A stretch of 64,000 nucleotides of DNA from Candidatus Latescibacterota bacterium. Its GTDB lineage: Bacteria > Latescibacterota > UBA2968 > UBA8231. How positions within the stretch are numbered: position 1 is the stretch's first letter; each line of letters opens with the position of its first letter. The notes below the pieces were generated by a model. That model searched no databases. It worked only from the letters and a program-made list of their open reading frames with translations, and was not told the DNA's origin. The DNA is taken from NCBI GenBank assembly GCA_965206595.1, contig OZ242214.1:32001-96000 (forward strand), in the 5' to 3' direction. A program made the position numbers and the translations under genes. This document shows, one piece after another, positions 48,993 through 60,153 of this stretch.

Positions 48993-50061
48993 CGCCCCGG
49001 TCTCCCGATTTCCGGGCCGCTCTCTTCCGCAAGGGCGCCCCACGGTGCGGACGGGCGATCGGCAAGGCGTACGCGTACGGACTCGCCGGGCAGCAGGAGG
49101 TGGCCCGGCTCGAGGAGGACACGGGCTTTTCTCGCCCACAACATCTGCCCGCGCAGCCACAGTCTCTCAGGCATAGGTGAGTACCCCGGATGCACGAAGT
49201 CGATCCTCCCTCTGGCGTCGAACTCGCTCGACCGCCTCGACATCACTTCCACCTTCTGCCCGACATCGACCTGCAGGTCCTTCGTCTCCGGGACATACAC
49301 TTCAACCGCGGAGGCGTGGGCGCTCTCCACGGAAACAATGGGCACGAAGGCATCGACCGTACTTCCTTGCAAGGCCAGGATCTCGGAGACCGATCCCGCA
49401 CACGGCGACCTGACCGTCCGGTACTCGATGCGCTGATCGATCAGGGCGAGTGACTGCCGGACCTCGTGCAGGCGCTGCACCCGGTCCCCGAGAAGCGAAA
49501 TCATGATGCTGTCGCCATAGGCACTCGAACCGCCGGCGCCAAGGTTGAGCACATCGGGCCGAATGAGGGCCGACTGTTCGGCTACCGACTGCTCCAGGGC
49601 ATCGCGGCGGATGGTCATGCGGGTCAGATCGCGATCCTGTCCCAGGCCGGCTTTCTCCGCTGCCGCAAGGGCGTCGATTTCCCGGCCGAGGGCCTCGAGC
49701 TCGGCCTCCTCCGCCTTGACGGCGGCGTACTGCTCGGACACGCGCAGTCGCAAAAGGTCGTACTCGACGCTGTATCGACGCCGGTCTGCAGTTACTATCG
49801 ACTCCAGGGCGGCCAGCTCTTCTTCACGTAGTCGTTTTTCCGCCAACAGATCCGAGGCGTCCAGGCGAGCCAGGACCTGTCCGGAAACGACGCTTTCCCC
49901 CACGGCGGTACTCACCTCCTGGATGGCACCTCCCTCGCGAGCGCCCACCGACCGCACCGTCGATACCACCGTGCCGATCAGGTACGGGTCGGCACGCCAC
50001 TCCCGATAGCCGTAGGCCGCGGCAAGCACGCCCGCCACCCACAGGGCACGAAAAGAGTTCT
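48989..50061 (-). pseudogene. HlyD-family periplasmic adaptor, extreme 5' end replaced by ISL3
   Basis: TM segment, lipoyl halves VGESVVSGQVLARLD and VRSPCAGSV, coiled coil; the upstream part of the ORF reads into the IS. Confidence 0.75.
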
Positions 50062-51406
50062 GGCTCGTCAGTAGAATTCGTGGGTGAATTGTGGCTCGGG
50101 TAAATCGCCGAGCTGATGGAATGAAGCGATTTGGAGTGCCTTGAAGGTGCGGCATCCGAATGCTTTTCTCCCTGTCAGATTCCATTTCAGGTTCAAGCCC
50201 TCGACCATGCCGTTGTTGAACTGCTTCCTGGCCCTGAACCAATTGAGGATGAGCTCTTGGTGACGCCGCAGCATTCCGGCGATGTCTTTCATCGGTTCGA
50301 TGTTGCTTCTCATCGTACGGAAACACCCGCGCTGGAGGAACTTCTCAGCCCACGCGGAGTAGGTGTAGTCCCAGAAGCGCTGGAAGTCCTCCTTGAGCAG
50401 GTAGGCTCTGACCGTCCGCAGGTTCATCTTCAATAGCTCCGACAGCTTCAAGCCTTGGGGGGGAGTCGCTGAGGTTCTCCTTGCGCTTCAGGAAGCACCA
50501 GCGGCTCTTGCTCAGGACCGGATCCTGGCCCTGTTCTTTGAGTCTGCGGGCCTCTTCGGCACGGACTTTGTCGAGGGCCTTGCTGAAGTGCTGCATGAGG
50601 TGAAAACGGTCGAGAATAGGTACCGCGGTGGGGAGCCGCTTGCTGATAACGTCGAGGTAGGCTTTCCAGATATCAGAGCAGATGACGGTAATCTGGTCGA
50701 GGAAACGGGTCGGCTCCTGCTCGCCGCCGGCTTCCTGCTTGCGCCGGTGCTCCTGCTCCCGTTCGGTAAAGCCGTCGTTCAAGGCCTTCTTCGTCCGCTT
50801 CTCGCCCATCCACAACAGGCGGCGGCGGTGGGGGTCGATCTGGTACAGCAACGTCAGATAATGAGGCCCCTTACGATACTGGATTTCATCCACGCCGAGG
50901 GCCGTGACCTGGTCGAGGCAGCGATGAGCGAGCCCATAGTCCACGACGTACTGGACGGAGTGGTAGACCTTGTCCCAACGGGTCCGGAAGGAACGCGCCA
51001 CCTCGATCCACGACAGTTTTTTGGCCCCCTGGGCCAGGAAGCAGCGGTAGAGGTCGGTCAGGTGGTGCTTGCCCGTGCTCCAGGGGACCTTCTCGACGAC
51101 CACCCGGCCGCAGGCTTTGCAGGCAACCCGGCGCATGCGATACACCAGAAAGACCGGAAACCCCCAGAGGGGAACAAACTCGAACAGCCGGGCCTCGGGG
51201 GCCGTGTCATAGGTGGGGGCCAAGTGACCGCAGCCGCTGCACGCGCCCCGGGAGTTTTTCCGTGGCCTGATCCTCACCATTATCCTTCCGTGCCGGTCAA
51301 AATGACTGCCCTCAAACACAAACCGCTTGAAGGTCGTGCACCGGTTTAGTACCGTGATCAGGCGCATCATTCCCTCCACAGGTAGTTGGGTTCCGTCTTG
51401 GTGGAC
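50062..51406 (-). mobile_element. ISL3-family element, transposase (50068-51370) frameshifted, one end lost
   Basis: GGCTCGTCAG end; zinc finger CSGCG, LGVDEI, SDIWKAY, LDRFH, NGMVEGLN; frameshift at the G run near 50457. Confidence 0.85.
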
Positions 51407-52797
51407 TAGAGGTGGACCCCATTCTTTGGACAGCCGGACAGCAGGATTAGGTGGATTCATTGTGGTTAATTTGCTGCCCTGTCCTTCTTGTTCTGGAGTC
51501 CCCTGAGACCTCCTTTCCGACTCTGCAAGATCGCCGTTTTGCTGGGTGCAGGATCGTCCACCCGTCCTTGGCAAATTGTCCACACCGTCCCCCCTTCCCT
51601 GTTCATGCCGCCCTGCGCCGGGTGTATTCTTCCATAGGCGTCCGGTCGCCGGCCAGGCTGGAATGAGGCCGCTCTTCGTTGTACTAGCGAAGCCAAGCCG
51701 CGATCATCTGACGCGCCTGCCCGTCCATCCTGAAAGTCGTGCAGATAGACACACTCGTATTTTAGGGAGCGCCAGAGACGCTCGATGAAGACGTTGTCCA
51801 TCCATCGCCCCTTGCCGTCCATCGAGATCGCTACCCCGGCTTGCTCGAGGACCTCGGTGAACTCCCGACTCGTAAACTGGCTGCCCTGGTCGGTGTTGAA
51901 GATCTCCGGTCTGCCGTAGCGGGCCAGCGCCTCCCGCAAGGCCTCCCGGCAGAACGCACTGTCCTGGGTATTCGACAGCCGCCACGAAAGCACCGTGCGC
52001 GTCGCCCAGTCCATGATCGCCACCAGATAAAGAAAACCACGCTGCATCGGGATATAGGTCACGTCCGCGCACCACACCTGGTTCGGCCGCTCGATCCTGA
52101 GATGGCCGAGACGATACGGATAGATCCGATGGGACCCATCCGGCGACGACGTCTGCGGCTTGCGGTAGATGGCCGTCAGTCCCATCTGTCGCATCAATCG
52201 ACGCACGCGCTTGCGCCCGACCCCATGGCCTTGGCGCCGCAGCTGACGGGCCATCTGCCGGGACCCATACCAGGGCGTGGCCAGAAACTGTTCGTCGATG
52301 GTGCGCATCAACTGCCGGTTGAAGGAACTTTCCCCTCGACCCGCGTAGTACTAGGTGGATCGCGAGAGGGCAACCAAGGTGCACTGGCGCACGATAGGGA
52401 GCCGGGGATGATCCGCATCGATCATCGCTTCCCTTCGGTCGCGGCTCAACGGCCGAAGGCGCGAGACAAAAAATCGTTCTCGACGGTCAGCTGGCCGATC
52501 TTGGCGTGCAGCGCCTTGACCTCCGCCTCATGGTCGGCGGCGCGGGAAGAGGTCTTGCGGGCGAACGCCTCGGGCAGGCTCTCCCGGGCCTGCCGTTTCC
52601 ACTGCGCAATCACGTTGGGGTGCAGATGATGCTTGGCAGCGAGCTCGGCCATCGTCTGGTCGCCGACCAGGGCCTCCAAGGCGACTTTGGCCTTGAATTG
52701 GGCGGAGAAGCTACGTCGTTTTCCCATGTCTCCAGTCCTTCCGTAGAGGGGTTGGATCCACCTAACGTAACTGTCCGAATTCCGGGGGCCACCTCTA
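51407..52797 (-). mobile_element. IS3-family element with orfA (52446-52727) and damaged orfB
   Basis: Inverted ends TAGAGGTGGACCCCATTCTTTGGACAG and CTGTCCGAATTCCGGGGGCCACCTCTA; orfA FSAQFKAKVALEAL; orfB WCADVTY, FNTDQGSQF, IERLWRSLKYE; in-frame TAG near 52351. Confidence 0.88.
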
Positions 52798-52879
52798 CTG
52801 TCCCAACATACCGGGGGATGATGCGCCTGGGCTACCTGGCCTCCTCTATTCCCATCGCCGCAGCCTCCCCTCCTCACCC

Positions 52880-53896
52880 ACAGATTCTCCAGAGGAGCCT
52901 GGATTTCACATCAAGGGGATCCATACCTCGACAGATTTTGGGAAGACCCTCGCGCAACGGTCGTTGGATGCAATCTATTTTGCGCTCCCTCCCGGAGTCC
53001 ACAACGGCGAAATTATCCAAGCGGCGAATGCGGGGGTACACATTTTTGCCGAGAAGCCGATGAGCCTGTACCTGAACGAAGCCATTGATATGGAACGCGC
53101 AATACAGGAAAACGGCGTCATCTCCACGGCGGGATTCCAACAGCGCTACGACTCACGTTATGAAGCTGTCAAGGAATTCCTCGCGGATAAAAAGCCGGTG
53201 ATGAGCACCACTATAGGAAATGGTGCGCTTGAAGGCCATTCAATCAAGCATACCAAAACCGAATCGTTTGGCGGACCCGCCAATCGTGTCTGGACGGCAA
53301 ACTACGAGTGGTCCGGGGCATCCGTTGTGGAAGGCGGGATTCACCAAACAGACCTGATGCGGTATTGGTTCGGTGACATCTCATGGGTTGAGGCGAATTA
53401 TGTCCACCGTGATGCGTCGGACATCGTTGATGGAGGGGATAATCCGTATGCCTATAGCGTAAGGTACGACTTTGAGTGCGGCTGCATCGCCAATCTCATC
53501 CTTTCCCGTCTGCGCCAGACTTACTATAGCGACGGCTATGAGAGTATACTCTGGACGCACGGGCATCTGAAGTTTGAGGGAGATGACCCAGTTGCTTATT
53601 ACTACGATGGACCGTATCCGCCGACGCAAACACCGCCGCAGGAAGCAGTGCGCCATCCACTTCCGACAGCCCCTCCCGTAGACACGACAGAGCAGATCAG
53701 TCGCGCTTTTCTCGGCGCGATTGAGGCAGGCAACTCGGCCCAACTTCGAAGTACCTTCACGAGCAGCATGAACAGCCTTGCTGCGGTACTAGGCGCGAAT
53801 GCCTCCGATCAGCTCGAGGGCGAGCGTATATATCTCAAGGATTTTCTTGTTGATGAGAGATACAATCGGTTCCGCCAGAAGCCTGCTGACAGATAG
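52880..53896 (+). pseudogene. Gfo/Idh/MocA oxidoreductase lacking its N-terminus
   Basis: DAIYFALPPGVH, HIFAEKP, GFQQRY, EGGIHQTDLMRY; Rossmann start missing. Confidence 0.75.
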
Positions 53897-54007
53897 TTCC
53901 GTCTGCCAAAACAGTAGCGAAGCCAGCAGCTGCCCGCGTTGGAGGGCGGGTGGCATCTGGCCGCCTGCCATCACAAAGACGAGTTGGAACTGCACGGCGT
54001 GTAGCTC

Positions 54008-54320
54008 TTATCTCGCCGTGTAATACGGTTCCGCGTCGAATCCCGGATACCGCGTCGCCATCCCCGCGATAAATCCTTCCGTCCACAGCGGGTCGCCCGG
54101 CGGCGGGAAGCCCAGCAGTTCGCGCTGGCGCGGGGTGGCCTCAGCCATGAAACGATTCATGGCGGCACCCTGGGCACCGCTTTTATACGTGAAGGTGCGA
54201 CCGCCGTCCCAAGGGCGGTCCTTGCGAGTGAAGCCCACCCACATGACCGGGCGATGCCCCGCTGGCGCAGTGAAATCGGAGGCGGCGTGGCGGGTGAAGA
54301 CGCTGTAGAGACAGCGCGCG
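54008..54320 (-). pseudogene. C-terminal fragment of a dioxygenase-like protein
   Basis: VFTRHAASDFTAPAGHRPVMW...ATPRQRELLGFPPPGDPLW...RYPGFD. Confidence 0.45.
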
Positions 54321-54328
54321 CAGATCCT

Positions 54329-55483
54329 TCAACCTCGAAGCGACCCTTCCAGGTCCGCCAACGCCAGCGCCCGGATTCCCTCGGCCATGTCGAAGGTCCG
54401 GGTTCCCGCGTGGATCACGTCGAGCCGGTTCAGGCGCAGGTCCTCGCAGGCGATGTGCATGCTTCGGGTCAAGCGAGGTGCCGACGTGAGCTTCACCTCG
54501 AAGCCGAGCCGCTGGCCGCCCTGATGGACCAGGAGATCCAGCTCCGCCCCGGCGTGGGTTGCCCAGAAGTAGCAGTCCTCCGGAGCGGCGTCCGCGAGGC
54601 GGATCACCTGCTCGATCACGAAGCCTTCCCAGGATGCGCCCACCTTCGGATGGCCTTCCAGATCCCGCTGCGAGGGCAGGTTCAGCAGCGCGTGCAGCAG
54701 GCCGCTGTCCCTCAGGTAGACCCGCGGCGCCTTGACCTGCCGCTTGGAGATGTTCTCGTGCCAGGGCTGCAGTTGCCTCACCACCAGGGCCGACTCGAGA
54801 TGCTCGAGGTAGGATCGGACCGTGGTATCGGCCACGCCGAAGGAGCGGGCGAACTCGGACGCGTTCCACACCTGCCCGTGGTAGTGGGCGAGCATGGTCC
54901 AGAACCGGCGCATGGTGCGCGCGCTCACGTTGACGCCAAGCTGAGGCAGGTCGCGTTCGAGGAAGGTGCGGACGAACTCCCGGCGCCACTCGAAGCTCTG
55001 CCTCTCGCCGCGGGCCAGGTAGGAGCGCGGGAATCCGCCTCGCCGCCAGAGCCGATCGGGGGTCTCGCGGCCGGTCTCGTCGAGGGCGAACCCGCCCAGC
55101 TCGCGATAGGCGATGCGTCCCGCGAGGGTTTCCGACGACTGGTGAAGCAACTCGGGGGAGGCGCTTCCCAGAATCAGGAACCTGGCCGGCGTGCCCTCCC
55201 GGTCCGCAAGCACGCGCAGGGCACGGAAAAGCTGGGGGACGCGCTGGATCTCGTCGAGCACGACCAGACCCGGCAGCGGCCGCAGCGCCCGCAGCGGATC
55301 GGCCAGCCGCGCCAGATCGGCCTCGTCTTCGAGATCGAATCGCTCGACGGGCCCCTCCCAGGCTGACGCGATGAGTCCCGCCAGGGTGCTCTTGCCCACC
55401 TGGCGGGCGCCGATGATGGCGGCCACCGGATGGTCTCGCAGCAGTGCGAGCACTCTCTCCCGTTCCCGGTCACGGTTGTTCAC
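54329..55483 (-). CDS. AAA_14 ATPase with DUF4143 domain
   Basis: GARQVGKST, LDEIQ, LGSAS, RGGFP, KAPRVYLRDSGL, SWEGFV, ELDL...FEVK. Confidence 0.92.
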   Translation of the reverse strand: MNNRDRERERVLALLRDHPVAAIIGARQVGKSTLAGLIASAWEGPVERFDLEDEADLARLADPLRALRPLPGLVVLDEIQRVPQLFRALRVLADREGTPARFLILGSASPELLHQSSETLAGRIAYRELGGFALDETGRETPDRLWRRGGFPRSYLARGERQSFEWRREFVRTFLERDLPQLGVNVSARTMRRFWTMLAHYHGQVWNASEFARSFGVADTTVRSYLEHLESALVVRQLQPWHENISKRQVKAPRVYLRDSGLLHALLNLPSQRDLEGHPKVGASWEGFVIEQVIRLADAAPEDCYFWATHAGAELDLLVHQGGQRLGFEVKLTSAPRLTRSMHIACEDLRLNRLDVIHAGTRTFDMAEGIRALALADLEGSLRG

Positions 55484-55570
55484 ATCGAGAATTTATATTG
55501 AAATCTCTGTTTCTTCCACAGAATTTTCAAGGAACACGGACCGATAGCCGCCCTGACCGATCCCGCCTCG

Positions 55571-56023
55571 ATGGGCAATTCTCAGGAAGACCCTGCCACA
55601 CCCCCCGGTTATAAGGGCGTTGACAAAGTTCTAAATGACTTTGAGGGCATGAAGCGTTTCATCGAGGTACAGCGCAGTCCGTATCACGGCTGGAACTTCT
55701 GCGTCGGCTCCATCGCTGAAGGGCTCGAAGATCCGGCCGATGAAATCTACCCCATCATAGAATACTTTGGCAGCCGCAATACGATCTTCCTGGTTCACTA
55801 TCGCAACCTCCTCGGGGGGCGCTACAGCTTCCGCGAGGCTCTGCCCGATGAAGGAGATATGGACTTCCACCGGGTATTGAAGGCCCTCAAGGACACAGGC
55901 TACTGTTACGGCATTGATCCCGACCACGTCCCGCGCACCGACGACGATCCGAAGGGCTACTATCAGTCCTATGCTTACTGCTTCGGTTACATCAATGCCA
56001 TGATTCAGGCGGTCTACGGTTAA
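55571..56023 (+). pseudogene. Mannonate dehydratase (UxuA-like) C-terminal fragment
   Basis: SPYHGWNFCVG, IFLVHYRN, FREALPDEGDMD, PDHVP, AYCFGYI. Confidence 0.72.
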
Positions 56024-56078
56024 TCCATATGCAGGTGGAAGAGGGCCGGCGCATCGCCCGTTCCTGGGGGGACTTGGT

Positions 56079-56324
56079 GTGACCCTGTCCGACCTTCGGC
56101 GGCGGCCGCCGGAACGCCGGGCGGACTTCGTCAGGGAGATCGCCGACGATGTGAGTCGGCGCATCCGCGAGGGACTGGTGTCCGAGGCCGAGGCGCGAGA
56201 GCTGGCAGCCAGCCTGCGCTTTCAGGCGGGGCTGCTGCTGCCGGGGCGCTTGGAGGCATTCGACCGCATCTACGGCTCCCGCTTCGAGCGACTGATCCGC
56301 CAGTTCCTGCGCGGCGAGAGCTGA
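56079..56324 (+). CDS. Small hypothetical protein
   Basis: 81-aa ORF with helical character, ending FDRIYGSRFERLIRQF. Confidence 0.55.
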   Translation: MTLSDLRRRPPERRADFVREIADDVSRRIREGLVSEAEARELAASLRFQAGLLLPGRLEAFDRIYGSRFERLIRQFLRGES

Positions 56325-56463
56325 TCGCCGTCACATCGTAGTAATACAGTTCTTCAGGGGTCACTGTAGTTCGAGTTAGCCGCCTGAGACTTCCTCCGCG
56401 ATGGGCTCCCGGCGCCGGTGAGCCGTAGGAAGAAGTGCGCCCTCAAAGTAGCTGGGAGCGGCT

Positions 56464-57315
56464 CTACTGCAGATCCTTGCCGGGAATTGTGCCCCAGGAG
56501 ACCGCTTCTGCCTCGCCCTCATAGACCGGCAGATACGGTTCCGTGATGTGTCGCGTTTGTTCGACCCAGTCAGCCCATTCAGACCTGCTGGCGATGTGAT
56601 CGCGGATCAATGCCTTGACTTCGCCGGGCATGTCGTCATAGGCCGGCCAATACCAGATAGTGAGCACTGTGCGGCGTTGGCCGCTCTGATTGGCACGGGC
56701 GGAATGCAGCAGACGCGAATCGCCGATGACGACATCGCCGGCGCGAACTGGTACATCGACCTCACCCTCGACCTGTTGAAAAGCGAGATGATCCCTATCG
56801 GTTGTGTTGATTACGGTGTCGTCGTCCCTTGGTCGCATATCGTGGAGCGGGTGACGTTTCAGGTGGGAGCCGGGGATCAAGCGTAGACAGCCGTTGTGTA
56901 TGTTCGTGTCGACCAGATAGTACATCAGGAAATACTGCTGCGGCTGGTTGGTGTAGCTGATGGGGTGTTCCCACAACACCCCGTCGTGGTGCCAGTATAA
57001 CGGTGGGCTGTGCGGAGGCTTGCTGATCACAAAGCCGCTCCAGAATTTGGGGGAATCAAATCCCAACTCGGCGAAAACCGCCATCGCGCCTGGATCGATG
57101 AGGAGTTCGGTGAAGGTTGGATGCGGGCAAGTCCAGTAGGGAATGAGGCAGCCCTGTGAGCGGTGCTGCTCAAAGTGCTCCTCGTCCTGTTGCGCGATCA
57201 TCCATTCGCTCATGGCGTTCAGCTTCGCTACCATCTCCGGTGCCAGCACATTCTCAAAGATGCAGAAGCCATCGCGCATGAGTTGATTGCGTTTCTCCTT
57301 GGCGACGATTGGCAT
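56464..57315 (-). CDS. Phytanoyl-CoA dioxygenase (PhyH) family protein
   Basis: RDGFCIFENVL, YWHHD, NGCLRLIPGSH, AGDVVIGDSRLLHSARAN...RR. Confidence 0.9.
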   Translation of the reverse strand: MPIVAKEKRNQLMRDGFCIFENVLAPEMVAKLNAMSEWMIAQQDEEHFEQHRSQGCLIPYWTCPHPTFTELLIDPGAMAVFAELGFDSPKFWSGFVISKPPHSPPLYWHHDGVLWEHPISYTNQPQQYFLMYYLVDTNIHNGCLRLIPGSHLKRHPLHDMRPRDDDTVINTTDRDHLAFQQVEGEVDVPVRAGDVVIGDSRLLHSARANQSGQRRTVLTIWYWPAYDDMPGEVKALIRDHIASRSEWADWVEQTRHITEPYLPVYEGEAEAVSWGTIPGKDLQ

Positions 57316-57375
57316 GGGGGGGCTCCTTCCGCGTCAGCAAGTTCTCACGCCCTCCCACCCGCCAAAATCGGGCTA

Positions 57376-58829
57376 TATCCGGGTTTTTCAAAGGACATTT
57401 TATAGCATGTACAGAGAGAGATATTGAGTGATTCACACGGTACGGAATCGGGCCGGAATCTGCGCAGGGATATCGAGGTCTCCGACGCACAGGTAAATGA
57501 GGTCGGCAAAGGCATCCAGAGATTTAAATCCACTGGCTCGATTCTTGACCATGCGGATGATTCGATTGAGCCCTTCGGCGGCGGCGTTGGTCAGGTGCGT
57601 GTCGACGAAGGCCGTGATGCCGGCCGCATGCTTGCGCACCGTGTTGACGAACCTGCGCAGGGGCTCCAGGCGGCTGCGCAGGGCCGCCGTCGTCCACTTC
57701 TTGAGGAAGCGTTCGGCGGCCCAGCGCGCCTTGTAGCGCCAGAAGTGCTCGAACTCGTCCTTCAGGCGCCAGGCGCGGTAGATGCGGCGGTTGGCCTTCT
57801 CCAGGGTTTGGAGCGTGCGCCGGTCCTTTGGCGAGCGCCGGGCGGAGTGATGCAGCAGCACCCAGCGCAGGCCCTTGAGCAGCTTGCGGTCCTCGCCGCA
57901 GGCTTGCCGCCACTGTTCCTTGCGCACCTCGTCGACGGCTTCGTTGAGGGCCTTGACGACGTGGAATCGGTCCAGGACGAGCTGGGCGTTGGGGCCGTGC
58001 TGGCGGATGGCGCCGATGAAGGTCTCGCTCATATCGCAGCAGGCCCAGCGGATACGGGCCTTCCGGAAGGCGCTGAGATGGTCCCGGAAGAACGTATCGA
58101 TCGTTTCGCGGGCCTTGCCCTTGCCGATCCAGACGACACAGGAGCGCTCCAGGTCGTAGACCAGGGTGGCGTATTTATGGCCCTTGGCGTAGGAGATCTC
58201 GTCGATGCCGAGGGTCGTCAGCGCGCGGATGCGATGGCCTGTACGCCGGCGCTCGATGAGCCGGTGCACCTGGTCGGACAGGGTCGAAGGAGCCAGGCCC
58301 AGCAAGCGCGCGGCGGTGACCTGCGGCATCCACTGGCAGTAGGTCAGCAGCAGGTATTCGAAGCGGTAGCTGACCCGGGCCGAGGGCGCTGCCCAGGGCA
58401 CCTCCTCGACGTGCCGGCCGTGGGTCGGACAGCGGATCTCTCGAGGGCGGTGGTACAACCAGACGGTACGGCCGCAAATGCGGACGTCGCGCCAGCGGCG
58501 GGGCTCCATGACCTGTACGATCTTGCCCCGGCGCCCACACTCGGGACACCGGCACCCGTTCCTTTGGGGCTTCACCGCGACCACGACGGCCGCTTCCTCC
58601 CCGTGTCCTTCGAACCACACGCCCACAGCGCCAAACCCCTTGAACTTGAACAGCTTGGAGACGAACTTCATAGCGGTCATAGGTCGCCTTCCCTTCCCTT
58701 TCCTGGGGAGTGCTTGATGGGGATACACCAAGCATAGGGAACGACCTATGGCCTTGTCATGTACTCAGATGAACAGCAAGGGCTCAGGTACTTTCCGTAC
58801 TTACGTTTCGGCGTTGAAAAACCCGGATA
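57376..58829. repeat. MITE-like element with 16-bp inverted ends enclosing an ISL3
   Basis: TATCCGGGTTTTTCAA (57376-57391) and TTGAAAAACCCGGATA (58814-58829); the left 33 bp recur inverted at 21673-21706. Confidence 0.6.
57433..58680 (-). CDS. ISL3-family transposase, apparently intact
   Basis: CPECG, LGIDEISYAKGHKYAT, CCDMS, LDRFHVV, TNAAAEGLN. Confidence 0.92.
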   Translation of the reverse strand: MTAMKFVSKLFKFKGFGAVGVWFEGHGEEAAVVVAVKPQRNGCRCPECGRRGKIVQVMEPRRWRDVRICGRTVWLYHRPREIRCPTHGRHVEEVPWAAPSARVSYRFEYLLLTYCQWMPQVTAARLLGLAPSTLSDQVHRLIERRRTGHRIRALTTLGIDEISYAKGHKYATLVYDLERSCVVWIGKGKARETIDTFFRDHLSAFRKARIRWACCDMSETFIGAIRQHGPNAQLVLDRFHVVKALNEAVDEVRKEQWRQACGEDRKLLKGLRWVLLHHSARRSPKDRRTLQTLEKANRRIYRAWRLKDEFEHFWRYKARWAAERFLKKWTTAALRSRLEPLRRFVNTVRKHAAGITAFVDTHLTNAAAEGLNRIIRMVKNRASGFKSLDAFADLIYLCVGDLDIPAQIPARFRTV

Positions 58830-59460
58830 GACCCTTCTTTTTCAGGTTTTTCCTTACGATGGGGAGCAAGGTCTTGCCCTTCCTGTCGGGGGTCACCTCG
58901 GTGGCTACCCTGCCGGTTTCCCGGCAGCATACTACGACCCCGATACTCACGCCCTTCTGCCAGTTGCCGTCAAACTTCTTGTTGAGGTGCCTGTTTTTAT
59001 CCTTTCCCCCGAAAAAGGTTTCGTCTATTTCAACGGCGCTGCTGTTGAGGCTTTCCTGTTCTCCCCACCCTTCCCGGATGCGATGCAGCATGAACAATGC
59101 CGACGAATACGCAAGGCCGAGGTCGCGGGCAAGCTGCCTGGCGCTGATTCCCTTCGGGCGGGACAGGTGCAGGTGGATGCCGATGGCCCATATCTGCAAG
59201 GGGATCTTGGAGTGAGACATCACCGTTTTCGTGCGAACGCTGAATCGCTTTCGGCAGTCGCCGCACCAATACGGCTGGGGTTTGCGGTTAGGGCATTCCG
59301 TTATCATGCCGTAGCAGCCCCAATGCGGGCAGTGTATGTTGACGGGAAGGCCGTCTACCGTCTTCCCCCATCTGAGTTCTTCAAACCATTTTTCCGCTGT
59401 TTCATCATCTGGAAACATTCTGAATAATTCGATTAAGGATAAACTTTTACCATTCTTCAC
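58801..59460 (-). pseudogene. IS1595-family transposase, 3'-truncated
   Basis: FPDDETAEKWFEELRW, zinc ribbon, SKIPLQIW, KGISARQL, VEIDETFFGG; ends at the inverted repeat. Confidence 0.85.
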
Positions 59461-59969
59461 TCCGATTACCTTCGGGCCGTGGAATACCGAACTTGAGACC
59501 AGCGGCCCTCATAAAATATTGTGATTCACGCTCCCATAGGATTCCTTTCGGTTAGTGGGATGGTGACTCTGTCGGTGTTCGCCGACAGAAGGGACTGAGG
59601 AAGCGGCAGCGGATGCTGAGGGCTTCCTCTTCGAATTACCATTATTGTACCTGGATTTTCTAAAAAAAAAATCGGCTTGCAGGAAATTTCCATAAAGCTC
59701 GTAACGGCGAGGGCGAACTTTAGTTTCTGGAAGCGGGAGAGGGGGTGTGGCAGGGGAGGCAAGGAGGTCGGCGGTGGATGCAGGAAGGCCTGATTCAAGG
59801 GGGGATGAGCATCCAGACGGTTCCTTCAGGAGCTGGAGCCGGGGTGTGGCTTTTGCGGGGTAGGTCCTGGGGGGAGGGGATTGCGGGGCTGCAAGCCCGG
59901 TGTCGCTGGAGGTCTCAGTCCGGATCGGCGTTACCTAAAAAGGATTCAGGAACTGCGGGTCGAGGTGGC

Positions 59970-60134
59970 GCTGAGGGATACGACCTGGTGCTTCGCCGAC
60001 GAGGGAATCTTCATCCCTTTGGAGAAACGTCTGCTATCAGCGCCGCTACATGAACGGCATGACCCAGCTGCGCGGCCTGAACAACTACCCCGAGCAGGAG
60101 GCGAGTATCAGGGAATTACCATCAACTGTGTACA
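59970..60134 (+). repeat. Degenerate direct repeat copy 1, ending in ATTACCATCAACTGTGTACA
   Basis: Aligns with 61416-61596; shared core GAACGGCATGA...GCTGCGCG..CTGAACAACTACCCCGAGCAGG...TCAGGGAATTACCATCA. Confidence 0.8.
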
Positions 60135-60153
60135 TCCATAGGACTATCGAAAC

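Noticed and set aside
59650-59760. Possible IS1380-type terminal fragment (CCTGGATTTTCT...)
   Set aside because: Too short and degenerate to assign without a search
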